Origin: Tubulanus polymorphus
Taxonomy: Eukaryota > Animalia > Nemertea
NCBI RefSeq assembly: GCF_964204645.1
Contig: NC_134029.1
Span: 24,706,534 to 24,770,533 of the forward strand
Length of the DNA stretch: 64,000 bases
Direction of reading: 5' to 3'
Below, in pieces: positions 24,698-38,306 of this stretch. How positions within the stretch are numbered: position 1 is the first letter of the stretch; each line of letters opens with the position of its first letter. The notes below the pieces were generated by a model. It had not been told where the DNA came from. It was given only the letters and a program-made list of their open reading frames with translations, and searched no databases. The position numbers were made by a program, and so were the translations under genes.

Positions 24698-26104
24698 ATG
24701 TTTTATAAACGTCGCGGCAATGAATCATAATATAGAGGCCAGCGAGTGACACGTGACCTATTACGTTGATATGGTGCTTCAACGAAGATTCGAACCTCGT
24801 TGCATCGCGAGACTCTGTCACGTCACTCCCTCATTTCACCTAATGACATCTCCCACAGTGAAACGATGGTTTAAAGTTTTAACCTATTTAATTCCCACCA
24901 TCGTAATTTCCGTTCGTCATTGATCGAAATGAATTGTAATTGGCGATACTTCAGAAACGCGGTTGACGCAGATATCGCAGTCGAGTTGTTCTCGAAAAGT
25001 CTAAATAAGCAATTAATCGGTGTGAAATTGACGTGAAGAACTTTGAATATGAGCACTGCGCACACAACGAGCCGTGAGTAAACCTGATTAACGGTTGATT
25101 TCATGATTTATTCCTTGTTCCAGTTCCACTGTTGAAATTATAGTTCATTCCCCATGTTTATACTCTGTTCGTTGACTGTTTAACTTTTTGGACGCCGTTA
25201 AAAGACCGTCGTGACAATAGAGTCGACGTGCGTACTACGTCATCAGTATTGGCGTTTCAAAGTAACAAGTACACAACGGTATTTATTTGTCTGACTTAAA
25301 TTTTAATTTAACAGTTTTAAAAATTCTGACTTTATTATCGACGAATACGCGATATATACAGATAACAGCCGTGTTCATTCTAATAATTTAACTATCCTCG
25401 AATATTCACTAATTGCAAACCAAGGTCACATTTTATTTCTATTCCTCGAAGGGATGCGGGAAATTCTCTAATTCTATGGAAAGAAAATTGAAATCGATGA
25501 GGATTATTAGTCGACTAGCCCCAATACAATCAACCGTTAAAATGAATTTATAAGGAATAAAAACAATCACTTTGCTATCAACAATTAGAATAAGGAATTT
25601 AAATCAAAATAAAAGACACTAAAAGACGTATCGGACTTTCTCTCTTACGCCTGGCAATGGTCTCTAGATCCAAAACATCTTAGTGTATTAATTTGTTTTG
25701 ATTTAAATCTTTGAAAAATCCATTTCGATTTTAATCTTCTCGATTTTCGGGCCATTTTTTGCCAGTTGTGGTAAAATACCGTAAAGCTGATATTTCTATC
25801 TGCTACTGCGGGTGCAACACTCGATACCAGAAAAAAACCTGATACTTACAACAGGTATCCCGAGGAGCTGATGATATCCGCCAGATAGATTTCCTCGTAC
25901 CCGTGGATTACAGCCTGAGTATAAGGTTTATTGGGGGATTTACTACTCGCATTAATCGCATTAATCCGGTTTAGAAAAAAATCCTCGCCTACAGATCTCG
26001 AATTTACTACGATCACGTGATCGCGCGCCGTCTGCGCGAGGTCAAGGTCGCGTTTACTATCTAGGCAATAATCTGGATGCAATCTGATCTCATCTTATAA
26101 GACG

Positions 26105-26406
<302 letters not shown>

Positions 26407-27269
26407 TTTTTATTCGGATAGAAATAAAAACCGTAAGATGAAATCATCGAAGATGGAGATGAATTACGACGAGCGAATTGAAAACAGAGCAATTATTTTA
26501 GAAAAACCCACAATTTGTGAGGAAGAAACTAAGAGATTATTCGACGTTTTTTACTAAACACTTCAATTTATGTATTGAACTGGAGCTGAAGCAGAAGTCA
26601 TTATTGACAAACTACGTTTTTATGCTTCCTAATCATCACCTTCCCAGTTGGTTACTCGACATTTGGAAATAGCTACAAAAAGGTTTCAATCATATTGTCC
26701 GGTTTATGGTCGTTATCACGTATCACTAAGTGTTACAGATATTGGAAGTATGCGGTATAATGATATCAACGGATGGCGTGAATACGTCTGATTCATTAAT
26801 AGATGAGACTCAGGAGTGTCTGGAGATAGAAGAGAATAGAGAGGGAGAGGGGGAGAGGGGGAGAGGGGAGAGGGGAGAGGGGGAGAGGAAGGGGGAGACA
26901 GTGGTTACTAAAATGTTAAATATACATATATATACACACAGTGATATCCAATAATTCGTCTAGACTAACAGACCAGTTTGATAAAAGAGTCACGCGTTCC
27001 GCTACACAACTATTAATCTATTGAACGTAAGTATATATTGAGCGATGTAGGCGAAGTGTAATCAATTTGACAGGTCACCGATACAAAAACTAAATTCGTT
27101 ATGCATGTTTAATTTTTCAGTGTCTTCGCGAGTCTCAGAGATCATCAGTCATCCTGAATTCATTTCGAATATCAAAATATCAACTGTCAAATTTCATCCT
27201 CAAAAATAGAGGACGGTTAAAATGTTTTCAGTTTTCCACGTGACGGTCGAGATTTGTTAAGACTTGAAA

Positions 27270-27538
27270 CTAGCTGGCCACACTCCGTCCGTCTAGCTGT
27301 CCACACTCCGCCTAGCTGTCCACACTCCGCCAAGCTGTCCACACTCTGTCTAGCTGTCCACACTCTGTCTAGCTGTCCACACTCTGTCTAGCTCTCCACA
27401 CTCTGTCTAGCTGTCCACACTCTGTCTAGCTGTCCACACTCTGTCTAGCTGTCCACACTCTGTCTAGCTCTCCACACTCTGTCTAGCTGTCCACACTCTG
27501 TCTAGCTGTCCACACTCTGTCTATCTGTCCACACTCTG
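27270..27538. repeat. 19-bp minisatellite
   Basis: ctagctgtccacactctgt x about 14. Confidence 0.92.
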
Positions 27539-27667
27539 AGCAAATGTCGCAGTGATTGAAAGCTTCACTACAGGAACCGGTGCAGGAAGTGCGAGACGTC
27601 TTAGTGTGATGAACTAAACCTGTCACATCATCAATTAAAGATTAAAAGGTTTCAGAAGGATTATTGT

Positions 27668-27738
27668 AGCACCAGCACCTGCACCAGTAGCACCAGTACC
27701 AGCACCACCAGCACCAGGACCAGTAGCAGCGCCAGCAG

Positions 27739-27797
<59 letters not shown>

Positions 27798-27900
27798 CCA
27801 CCACCACCACCACCACCACCACCACCACCACCACCAGCAGCAGCAGCAGCAGCAACAGCAGCACCAGCAGCAGCACCAGCAGCAACACCAGCACCAGCAG
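27668..27900. repeat. (CAG)n/(CAC)n compound trinucleotide repeat
   Basis: Direct observation. Confidence 0.92.
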
Positions 27901-30445
27901 AATGTTACAGAGATGACCTATAGTTCCCCCGCCGTTGTTCGTTAAAATCTTATGAGTTGAAGAAGTAAAATCCACATTAAATGATCAAATTCTAACTGGA
28001 AACGGAGAAAGTGTAAATATGAACACGTTCTCTCGATAATAGCGCGGTCTTAACGACTACTTAGTGAATTGAAAGTGGTCTGAATTCGGGAAAAGTAAAA
28101 CCGGATGAATGGATTATCTCGGTCGATCAGGGTACAGTGGAACTCTCTATTTACACGTTAACCAAACATCGAATGAATAAACAAACTGCTGATCAAATAA
28201 ATCAGAGACCGTTCGCGAACAATTCTCTGTAAAACAGCAGTGAATTTCATGGAAAATTAAATCATTGAAAACAAAACGTTTCTCAATTTACATTGAGTAG
28301 ATTTAATCAGCTTTGAAGGTTAGAAATAACTTTCATGTTCCATAGTTTTTCTAACTGAAAATGAGAAACCTTTTCTTACACATAGATTAGTATCAGGCTA
28401 GTTTAGAGCCACTGACAATTTCAGATTATATATATTCAAATTCTACCAGTTTTAATGAAATCATGAAATACTTATTTACATTTTTAGATAATTAGGTAAA
28501 TGGAAAATGCGGAAACCAGCGACAAGTCCTCCAGATTTTGCCGTTGAAGTGTAAAAACTCCCTCAGAGACCTTGATGTACTTGGAAGAGACAGGATTTTT
28601 AAGACTCTTCGAGATGCGATTCGGGTGCCCGACAATCAAACACACTCCTCACAAGGGTGTATTCAGCGCGGACACGTGACACTACTGTACAACCATAAAT
28701 CACGTTATCACATCGTCAGGTGTTTGTACCGTGACGGAGCCTTCCGTCAAGGAGCCTTCCTACACCGACACACAATCGGTTTCATATTGTAATTTAATCT
28801 TGCTTGCGCGTTTATTAAAGCATCGAATAGAAAGAAATGGTTCGTTTAGAACTATCGGTTTATCGTAGAACCATCAGTTATCTCAATTAGACGGCCCCAT
28901 TTGCGAAGTCACAAAAGTCCGAAGATGGTCTTAGATTGTCGGTTTTAAATCGTCTTTAAGATGGAGCGGTAGTGTATTCGTAAGATCTCTGAACATCTTC
29001 ATGTTTTTACTATTGTCACTGAAGAGCCAGAAGAGCAATTTTCTTTCCTCTTAATAAGCAATAAAGAAAAAAACGTTTTCTACGCCGAGAGTGAAGTTGA
29101 AATACGATCATCAGAAGCATCATCGATCATTAGACACTATTCCTGTAGCTGGTATCGTCCCGGACAGTGAAGTGTCCATTCAACTGATCACCAGTGAGTG
29201 GTTCCCAGGGATGCGTTATAGCGCTGACCTCAACTGGTTGAAGGATAAACCGAACGAATGACCAATAAATGAATGATCGATTTCTCATTTTCAGATGTTG
29301 CAGATTCGCAGAATCTTTTCATACAATTTTTGGATATACACTGAGAAGCTCTGCGCTTATCTACCGCAGTTGTTGAGGGTTTTTCTGACTTGCTATAAAT
29401 GATAATGTATAGAAGCAAAAATACATAAAGAGGATTTTCACTTTATGTATTTTTGATAGAAGTTATTTTTAGAAATTCTATGACAAAATCCTAGAAAAAC
29501 GAATCAAGTTATAAAACCGAGAATTATGGAATTGTGGAGCTGTAAAATGGTCCGATGTCTTGAAATATTGTTGTCCACAAAAACTATTTCTAGTTTAGTT
29601 TTAAACATATTTTTATATTGAAACTGCCGGGAATCTTTGCGGGGTTGTTTAAGAATTGGAAACATGGAAAATAATTGAAGTAATATCGTAACCGTGAAAT
29701 GTGGAATTTGCAAAAATGGCTTAATGCGTCTTGAAATGTTTATGATGCAAATAACAATTAGTGAAACGACTGAAACTGAATAAATTAAAACGAAATTGAG
29801 AATTTACAGCCATTGTCAGTTCCACGCCTGACATTGACAGAGATATAACTGAGTAACTCTGACATTATAAAACAGAAAATCGAAAGTAAGGTTTCTTTTG
29901 ATGATCGCTTTTTATTCCAAAGAGCAGAAAATCCCGCCGTAGTTTATAGTGTGATTATTCTTAGGAGTTTACATTCTGATGAGCATTTCCCCCTGAGGCT
30001 TCATATTTCCATGAAACGAAGTTAAGGCAGAAATACGGGTAAAGAAAGAGGAGAGAGAGAGAGAGAGAGAGAGGGGGGTCAGCGATATAGAATGATAATC
30101 TACAGGGAATGGTAAATCGTAGAAGTTTTTTCGGTGTTTTGTTGTTTTAGTGGCAGCACAGACAATCTGCGCCAGATAACAAACGCTTCCATAATTCGAA
30201 ATGACGCGAATTCAAACGTGAATCCATCGGGATTCAAATTGTGTTGGTTTCTAATGGATGCCAACTATTGTTTTCTAGCAGGAAACCTCACAAGTTCTCA
30301 CTATGAGAACATACCTTCGATTTCCCAACTGAATTAAACACAGTTCCCATTCACACGTTGTTTATGTCATAAAGAACAATTTAAGAGTAGTTTAAGTAGC
30401 TACTGGGCACTAAGATTGTAAACAAATAGGCTCTATGTATGTGAC

Positions 30446-30588
30446 CGGCACGGCACGGTACGGTACGCCACGGCACGGCACGGTACGGCACGGTACGATA
30501 CTGCACGGCACGGCATGGTACTGTACGGCTCGGCACGGTACGGCACGGCACGGTACGGCTCGGCACGGTACGGTACGGCACGGCACGG
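30446..30588. repeat. Pentanucleotide repeat (cggca/cggta)n
   Basis: Direct observation. Confidence 0.9.
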
Positions 30589-31187
30589 TTCAACCATCCA
30601 TGGATTTTATATTTTTTTCACCGCATACAGGTGAACAACTCACGTTCTGGGAATATCTTTTTCTTCATCAATTTTCCCCAACTGGCAACGATTTATCTTT
30701 CGACAAAACGAAATGAATTTGACAAACGTGGTTTGATAACAGTAAATGCTAACCGCAGTAACAGCGCATTGGTGTCGATAAATAAATAGACTATTATGAA
30801 ATCATCATTATCGCGAATCTCGTAAAACTATCGTTAATCTTATTTCACATTAGAAACAAATAATAATGATTCAAACAAACAACATTCAATATGGATGATT
30901 GATTCCGTGAAGTGACCTTGACCTTTACAAGTTACCTGATAATGAATACATCTTCAATGTAGTAAATATTCAACTTATTGATATATTGTTAACTTGCGAT
31001 ATCTTTTGTAAGATCAATAGTCAAGTGTTATACAATAGTCCCATATGCTATAGTATTACGCAATATGCATATATCATCAATTACTGTTTTATTCGACGTT
31101 TTAGTCCAGAGTTATAAGTTTTGAGATTTAACTAAGGTTACAATATTGTGATCGAACAATTTGGCTCTAGAGTCGAATTTAACCTAA

Positions 31188-31367
31188 GAACTGTGAGAGC
31201 TGGGTTCTGAAATGTGGAACTGGACCCAGAAATGTGGAACTGGGTCCACAACTGTGGAACTGGGTCCAGAAGTGTGGAACTGGGTTCAGAACTGTTGAAG
31301 TGGTTACTGAACTGTGGAAGTGGGTCCTGAACTGTCGAAGTGGTTACTGAACTGTGGAACTGTGGAG
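31188..31367. repeat. About 20-bp minisatellite derived from a MITE terminal repeat
   Basis: Units gaactgtggaactgggtcc are near-identical to the right TIR of the 9977/17996 MITE family. Confidence 0.8.
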
Positions 31368-32928
31368 CAGTGCCCTGTTCTATGGATCCGGCAAGCTCTG
31401 TACATGTATACCGTCAATGTCGATGATGAACTAGGAATAATACTTTAATCTGATATTTGGTTTAGAATGCTCCAGAGATCAACTCCTCCTCCGTGATTTA
31501 AAACCCTATGAATGTGTTAGTGAAGTACTTGCTCCGCTGGTAAATAGATTACAAGATGCTGACGGATCACTTGTATTCGGTAGAGAATGTTGTTCAAACG
31601 TTATTTACGCGATTCAGCAAACATTATAAAAGTGTGAAGTTGTTTCACTTCATGTTTGCTGTGCGTGTGAAAGAAATTGGTATTTAAGGTGGCAAAGAGA
31701 GGTCTCAATGTTAGCTATAGTTTTACATTTCACAGGCACTACGAAAGCGATTAGGATTTTCTTTGAAGCCTCATGCGCCGGTTGGCTTTCAATACACACA
31801 CTGTTGTTGCCAATAACATAACATTTGATTCAGACGTCTATAATGGATTGTGAAGGAGTTAGGATGAACTGTGTTCAACTCTCTTTAGTTGTGTCTGTAT
31901 TTCAGGAACTGCTGATATATAAGTATCTGATGAAGACACGTTACGGATTGTCTTTGATGCGATGAAAATGGACCAGCTCTTAACAGATCACTGTGAACAC
32001 TCCAAGTTACTGAACAAAATCCTTTCTCTCAAAACTAGGACATCTGATATTGTGTTTGACATCTCGAGTAGTTTAGGGCTCAGTTGCCCAAAAGTGGTAA
32101 AAGTTAGTCATCTAATGAATCTCATGGTGGTTACGATAGACTTTTCATTCCAAATATATCGTCAATTTGTTTTACTGAGGAACTGGCCCCAGGTGTCGAC
32201 CTCATCGCCGTCCAGATTATCGGGACTTTGTAAACATGTGTGCCAAGATGAGACACAGTCAATAGTATACATAGTCCTTATAATGGATCCGTTGTGTCAG
32301 ACGTTTTTTCTTGATTTTTAGAATTTTAACAATTTCAGATTTTTTGGTTTAGTAATACTTTAAAAAAAATGAAGTTCGCTCTAAAAAATGCCTGAATGAC
32401 GCTGAGTAATGGTGGATAATTACAAATAATGCATGATGGTTTAATACGGACCCTTGCGACACGCCGTTTACTATTTCTGTAATATAGATTTTGTGTGTAG
32501 CTCATATTTTCCTAATCATAAACAACAATATTGACCGAAACAAATAGATTTATCTATGTATGAAACTCTTGTCTATATTGGTGATTCAGTCAGCTAGTGG
32601 TCAGAAACTGTCAGGAATGAAAGGTCACGTTTTATCGGTTCAATCTTACCGCGTACGAATAGATCAATTTCGCCGTTTATCAGCGCAGACATAGGAAAAT
32701 CACGTTTTTCTAGAAGCGGCGATGTATTGATGTGAGCTACCGTGTTTTTACGGAATCAGTATTCACCCCCAGCTGACAATCACACCAGTAATAAATGCCC
32801 GATAAATCTATATAGTTCTGTTATTATTGTAGCGATACGAACAGTTATAACTGAGTTTATGATGCGCATAAAGAGACCTAACATAAGTTGCTTTATGACT
32901 TGTTCTTTTTATGTCGGCTTTTTTTCTC

Positions 32929-33215
32929 TCGAATCCCGACTCGAAGAGTCTCGCGATGTCATCAGGTTCGAATCCCGACTGGAAGAGGAACAAGTCTCGC
33001 GATGCCATCAGGTTCGAATCCCGACTGGAAGAGGAACAAGTCTCGCGATGCCATCAGGTTCGAATCCCGACTGGAAGAGGAACAAGTCTCGCGATGCCAC
33101 CAGGTTCGAATCCCGACTGGAAGAGGAACAAGTCTCGCGATGCCATCAGGTTCGAAACCCGACTGGAAGAGGAACAAGTCTCGCGATGTCATCAGCCTCG
33201 AAACCCAGTTGGACG
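32929..33215 (+). repeat. 46-bp minisatellite carrying a Pol III B-box in each unit
   Basis: Unit cgatgccatcaGGTTCGAATCCCgactggaagaggaacaagtctcg; B-boxes at 32965, 33011, 33057, 33103 and 33149. Confidence 0.9.
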
Positions 33216-34254
33216 AAGATAGAAGAAGGCCTCATCGGTTCCGAAACTATATAAGTCCAAAAATAACCAGTTGAATCGAGACGAGATTTTCGAGAAAGTG
33301 GCATCTAGTTAACTCGTTTGCCAAACAAAACAAATCAAAATAAAACTCAGATCAAACGCATTTTTTTCGCATGAAATTCCGCACTTCAGAAACATTTAGC
33401 CGCACAAAGAGAGGATGACTATTGTTTATAAAGCGAACCACTGAGAGTTAAAGCATATTTTGCCTGATTATATTTGAATATGATGTTAAGAACAAAGCAA
33501 TTCCATTGCGCAAATAACGTGACCCCGACTTGCACCGACAACAGACAGAGAGATACATTTATATCCGCTTCATGGGAATGCATTTTAGATGTTGTGAATG
33601 GTGACAAAAAAATCGTTTTATTGAGCTCAAGAATCCCCGGATAGAATCACCATTGATAGTTGTTTATGACCGATTCGCGAAGAGGAGAAAATACCATTGA
33701 CTGCGCCGGGAAACAGGACCGTAAAACACAACAAGATATTTCTATTCGACGGACGACGGATGAGCGCGCAGTAATCTGACTGGACGCTATCAGATACTAT
33801 TTTAAGAGGTACAATGCGCGGAAGTCGACGTATGATTTACGGCAGTAATTTGTCTTCGTATCGGTTTATTATTGCGAGTTCCGTCTGTTACCAATATACC
33901 CGGTCACGTGACCCGTGTGCGCGCTACCAACGAGTTTTTACTGGCGGAAACTCGACGGAAACTGATTCCATAGAATTCACTATTTTCGTCGTCATGATTG
34001 CTCAATAAATACAAGTAATTAATTATGAGCACTTGTAGATTTACGAGCACAAATTCCTAGTGTAAGAGGTTACTCGGTTTAAGACGATATGCTGTAATCG
34101 GATGGCAGTGTAAATATATCGATGTACGATGATAGTGAGGCCAGCTGGTACAAATGAATTCATTTCTAATAGCTTGTATTCTATTAACTCATTTTTATTA
34201 GGGGAGAGGGGATTGATGCGAGGAAGAGAAGGCGAAAGAGAGAATGAGGAGATG

Positions 34255-34535
<281 letters not shown>

Positions 34536-35872
34536 GCAGTGGATATAATAAATGTAGGTGTTGTTTGAAGAGGAACCTGAGGTTGAAGAATATGACACGG
34601 TACAGTGTATTATATCGACGGGTCTAACGTGCTATTAGTGGTAAAATTACCAGCAGTAGCGGCGGTGTGAGGGGTATTCCCGATCCATGTCATCCATCAA
34701 ACACTATACCTAATAAATGCGTGGTCACCCGTAATTTATTGCCACTCAGATCCGGGCGCTACTGCGTGTCTGTCTCATAGTTCACACTCAACCGTCTGTA
34801 TATTAGAAAACCTTTCCAAAAACAACCGAAACACGAATAACTTCTCAAATGTAAAAGTTTAGTTTTAAGTTGTTGGGTAAATTCTGTATCTGACGGCGCG
34901 CGGTCTCTTCGGTACACAGGGTTTTCATTTATATGGTAATACATAATCGGATGTATGTATGATAGAATTAGAATCCGTCCAGCGCGGTCCTGACAGCTTG
35001 AATTACTAATTAATCAACCAGGATTCCTGGTTCAATTCGCCTTAATCCGGATTTGTGAAACCGGTTTACTTATTACTTAACTCGAAGTGGAAACGTCAAA
35101 TTCGAGTGAGATGGCAAATATAGGGAGAGACTAGCCGGAGAAACCGATATCAGTGAGAGTTGAACAGATTGTCAGCGCGTTTATACCCTACACATCTAGG
35201 CCTAAAGACTTTACCTTCCAAACACTTCTCATAACAATTTCATCGGCAAATTAGAAAATGGTTGCGTTCATGATTTTTTACTGTTTTACCGAGGTTATCA
35301 TATTACGGGGAGATACGTGCTTTTTATATAAATCGCATTCAATGCATCGACAACAAAACATTTAGAAATGAGCAGTGAGATTATATTTCATTGAAATAAC
35401 CAGTAATTCTACTGTTATGAGACCTGAAAATAATGTTTGAATTATTCTCGACACCGTAATCAGCAGGGATTGCGTACTGTGGTAGTCTCGATGCCAATCG
35501 AATCCCTACCGAGGATGTCCACTAAAATAGTTTTTTCTAATGTAACAGTTTAATGCTATGTTCCACGTTGAGAAAAGTGTCTCGATGGAAATTCAATTCC
35601 GCGATTGAATTTGAATTGATTTGAGATTATTTTTGAATGTTTAAAGTAAATCATAACTGACAAACATGGCGATCGTCACCGTCGTAGTTTCATTCATTCG
35701 AAATGCGAAGGTGAAATGATGAAATTGCCCTGTGGACAAGTTATCGATATTTTCCACTGTTTACCAACCACTTTCCTACGCAGCGGTAATTTCTAATTTT
35801 GGGCAATAATCTGATCGTCAGTCACCAGGGATCAAACGGGCTTCCAGAAACAATCATCAGAAATCAGCGAAT

Positions 35873-36047
35873 CAAATACTGGATCATACAACCGAATACT
35901 GGATCATACAACCAAATACTGGATCATACAACCGAATACTCGATCATACAACCGAATACTCGATCATACAACCAAATACTCGATCATACAACCAAATACT
36001 CGATCATACAACCAAATACTCGATCATACAACCAAATACTCGATCAT
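35873..36047. repeat. 20-bp minisatellite
   Basis: aaatactcgatcatacaacc x about 8.5. Confidence 0.92.
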
Positions 36048-36868
36048 ATTCGTGATATTTGTGAGGTTTACAAAATAAATCTTAGGAATAATTGTGCATT
36101 CAGGGCTCCATATGTGTAACCTCCTCTATATACGTGCAGAGTGTCAGCGATAACATCACATTTAGCCATTAATGACCCTCAATTTCCGCTTGTGCCGCCG
36201 AGAATCGACAAAATCAGAACAGAATTCATGAATTTCTCTGCAGCAAAAAAATCCTAAACAAATTCAATTCCCGATAAACTGATACTGTTTCACCTCATGA
36301 TATTCTCCATTAACAGAGGCCAAAACTGAGATGGAAAAATAAAATTCGCGGAATTCTAAAACGAAGTTGCTCACAGATTTATGATTAACTGAATCATGAG
36401 ATATTTCTATCAATCTAAATTGCCGGTATTGGCGTCTTTCGTATGAAAGCAATTAATACCAGGGGGAGGAACAAACATTTTCCTGATGCTGGAATTATCT
36501 GGAAAAAAAACTACTTCAGGTTGATCGTAAGATAACAAAAAGCTATTATTCTCCGGAACTGAAGTAATGGACACAGATTGTTCTGTTAATCTCCGGCTGT
36601 TTACATAACCAGTATTGCCAGCCCTTTATTGGCACACAATTCTGAACTATAATTGATTTCTTTTTATTCGTATTATATCCGTATCCACAAAATCATTAAA
36701 AACGGGTAAAGAATTTTAGCATCGACCGCTATTTGCTGAAGAAAAGAACAACATGGCAGCCGTTGATAAGTGATATACTCTTCAAACGCGACAGTTTGGC
36801 GCCGTTAAGTGAAAGATGTTGTGACCGAGGTTTCCGATATAATCCGTGCTTCAAAACAAGTAGAAAAA

Positions 36869-37126
36869 CACCAGCACCAGCAGCAGCACCAGCACCAGCA
36901 CCAGCAGCAGCACCAGCAGCAGCACCAGCACCAGCACCAGCACCAGCACCAGCACCAGCACCAGCACCAGCACCAGCACCAGCACCAGCACCAGCACCAG
37001 CACCAGCACCAGCACCAGCACCAGCACCAGCACCAGCACCAGCACCAGCACCAGCACCAGCACCAGCAGCAGCACCAGCACCAGCACCAGCACCAGCACC
37101 AGCACCAGCACCAGCACCAGCACCAG
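36869..37126. repeat. (CCAGCA)n hexanucleotide repeat
   Basis: Direct observation; source of the PA, HQ, GA and LV repeat ORFs. Confidence 0.95.
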
Positions 37127-37516
37127 ACGAAGCAGAAAATGATGTAATGACCATTATTTCACCAGTATTGTAATTGAGCAGTAATTTACCATTATGGGAT
37201 ATGATTCTGAAACTTGTTGAATTTGGGATGTTATGAAAGCGATCGATTTTTCGTGAACAGATTTTTAATGGAAAATACTATAGTTACAAGTGTAAGAATT
37301 TGTTTACTTGTAACTGGCTGCGCACACGTACACAGCTGTATGTATATTAACAGCCTATAAACCGCATTGTGCGCAATGACTATATATTTTAGGATTAGTT
37401 TTGTCCGCTCGTGATTTCATCACCTTTTTCTCGATTCGCGCGTCGTCATTATGAAGAATTGTATTTTTATTTTTCTCACTGACATTTCCAATAATTACTG
37501 AAGATCAAAGCAGTAG

Positions 37517-37710
37517 GTGCGTACCGTAGTGCTAGTGTGCGTACCGTAGTGCTAGTGTGCGTACCGTAGTGATAGTGTGCGTACCGTAGTGCTAGTGTGC
37601 GTACCGTAGTGATAGTGTGCGTACCGTAGTGCTAGTGTGCGGCGGCTGGTGCTGGTTCTGGTGCTGGTGCTGGTGCTTCTACTGGTGCTGCTGCTACCGG
37701 TGCTGGTACT
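37517..37710. repeat. 20-bp minisatellite (gtgcgtaccgtagtgctagt) followed by (tgctgg)n
   Basis: Direct observation. The (tgctgg)n tract is the reverse complement of the 36869 hexamer repeat. Confidence 0.85.
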
Positions 37711-38204
37711 GTTGTTTAAATATATAAATCCCACGGCTTTCATTTCTTCGAAAACCGATCCTAAATTAGTTGATCTCCGCAAAGCAGTGTCTTAAGGTAA
37801 CAGCGCAATCTCTCAGTGACTGAGTGACATTTATTGATATGTTTTGACATTAAGACATTGAGATGATAAACAATATTACCGGTGGTATCTATCACACAAC
37901 AAACTGACGATGGGTTAATGTATATGGATCAAGGCTGTTGTATTCACGCATGATGAAGTTTATAACATATTATGACGCTATCAGTTGTGACAACTTCGTC
38001 GACGCTGAGAATTGACCACACCTTACCCCCGCTATATTAGCCAGTATCACCGTCTTAAATCAAACTTTTTCCACTCAATCAATTCACTATTAATATCGGT
38101 TTTTGATAGAACAGGAAGGATATTTCTTAGAGGTTTCTCTGTGGTCTTAGTTAAACACATATCTATATAACGGTGGTTATTGCTAGTGAATAGAGTCACT
38201 ACAT

Positions 38205-38306
38205 CGGACTGGTCACTGGTTACCATACCGGACTGGTCACTGGTTACCATACCAGACTGGTCATCAGTCACCACACCTGACTGGTCATCAGTCACCACAC
38301 CTGACT
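38205..38306. repeat. About 24-bp degenerate tandem repeat
   Basis: gactggtcactggttaccataccg / gactggtcatcagtcaccacacct units. Confidence 0.75.

Noticed and set aside
31420-32340. Compositionally distinct stretch and ORF 31962-32321 as a gene or transposon remnant
   Set aside because: No recognisable motif in the frames I could read; would need a translated database search.
32929-33215. CRISPR-like appearance of this and other regular repeats (42612, 45516, 2626)
   Set aside because: Units are head-to-tail with no unique spacers, there are no cas genes, and the context is eukaryotic.
36729-37173. Poly-GA/PA/HQ/LV ORFs, and the similar ORFs at 19129-19627, 26061-26557, 27661-27975, 34041-34598 and 42592-43300
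   Set aside because: Translations of micro- or minisatellites with no splice or domain support.
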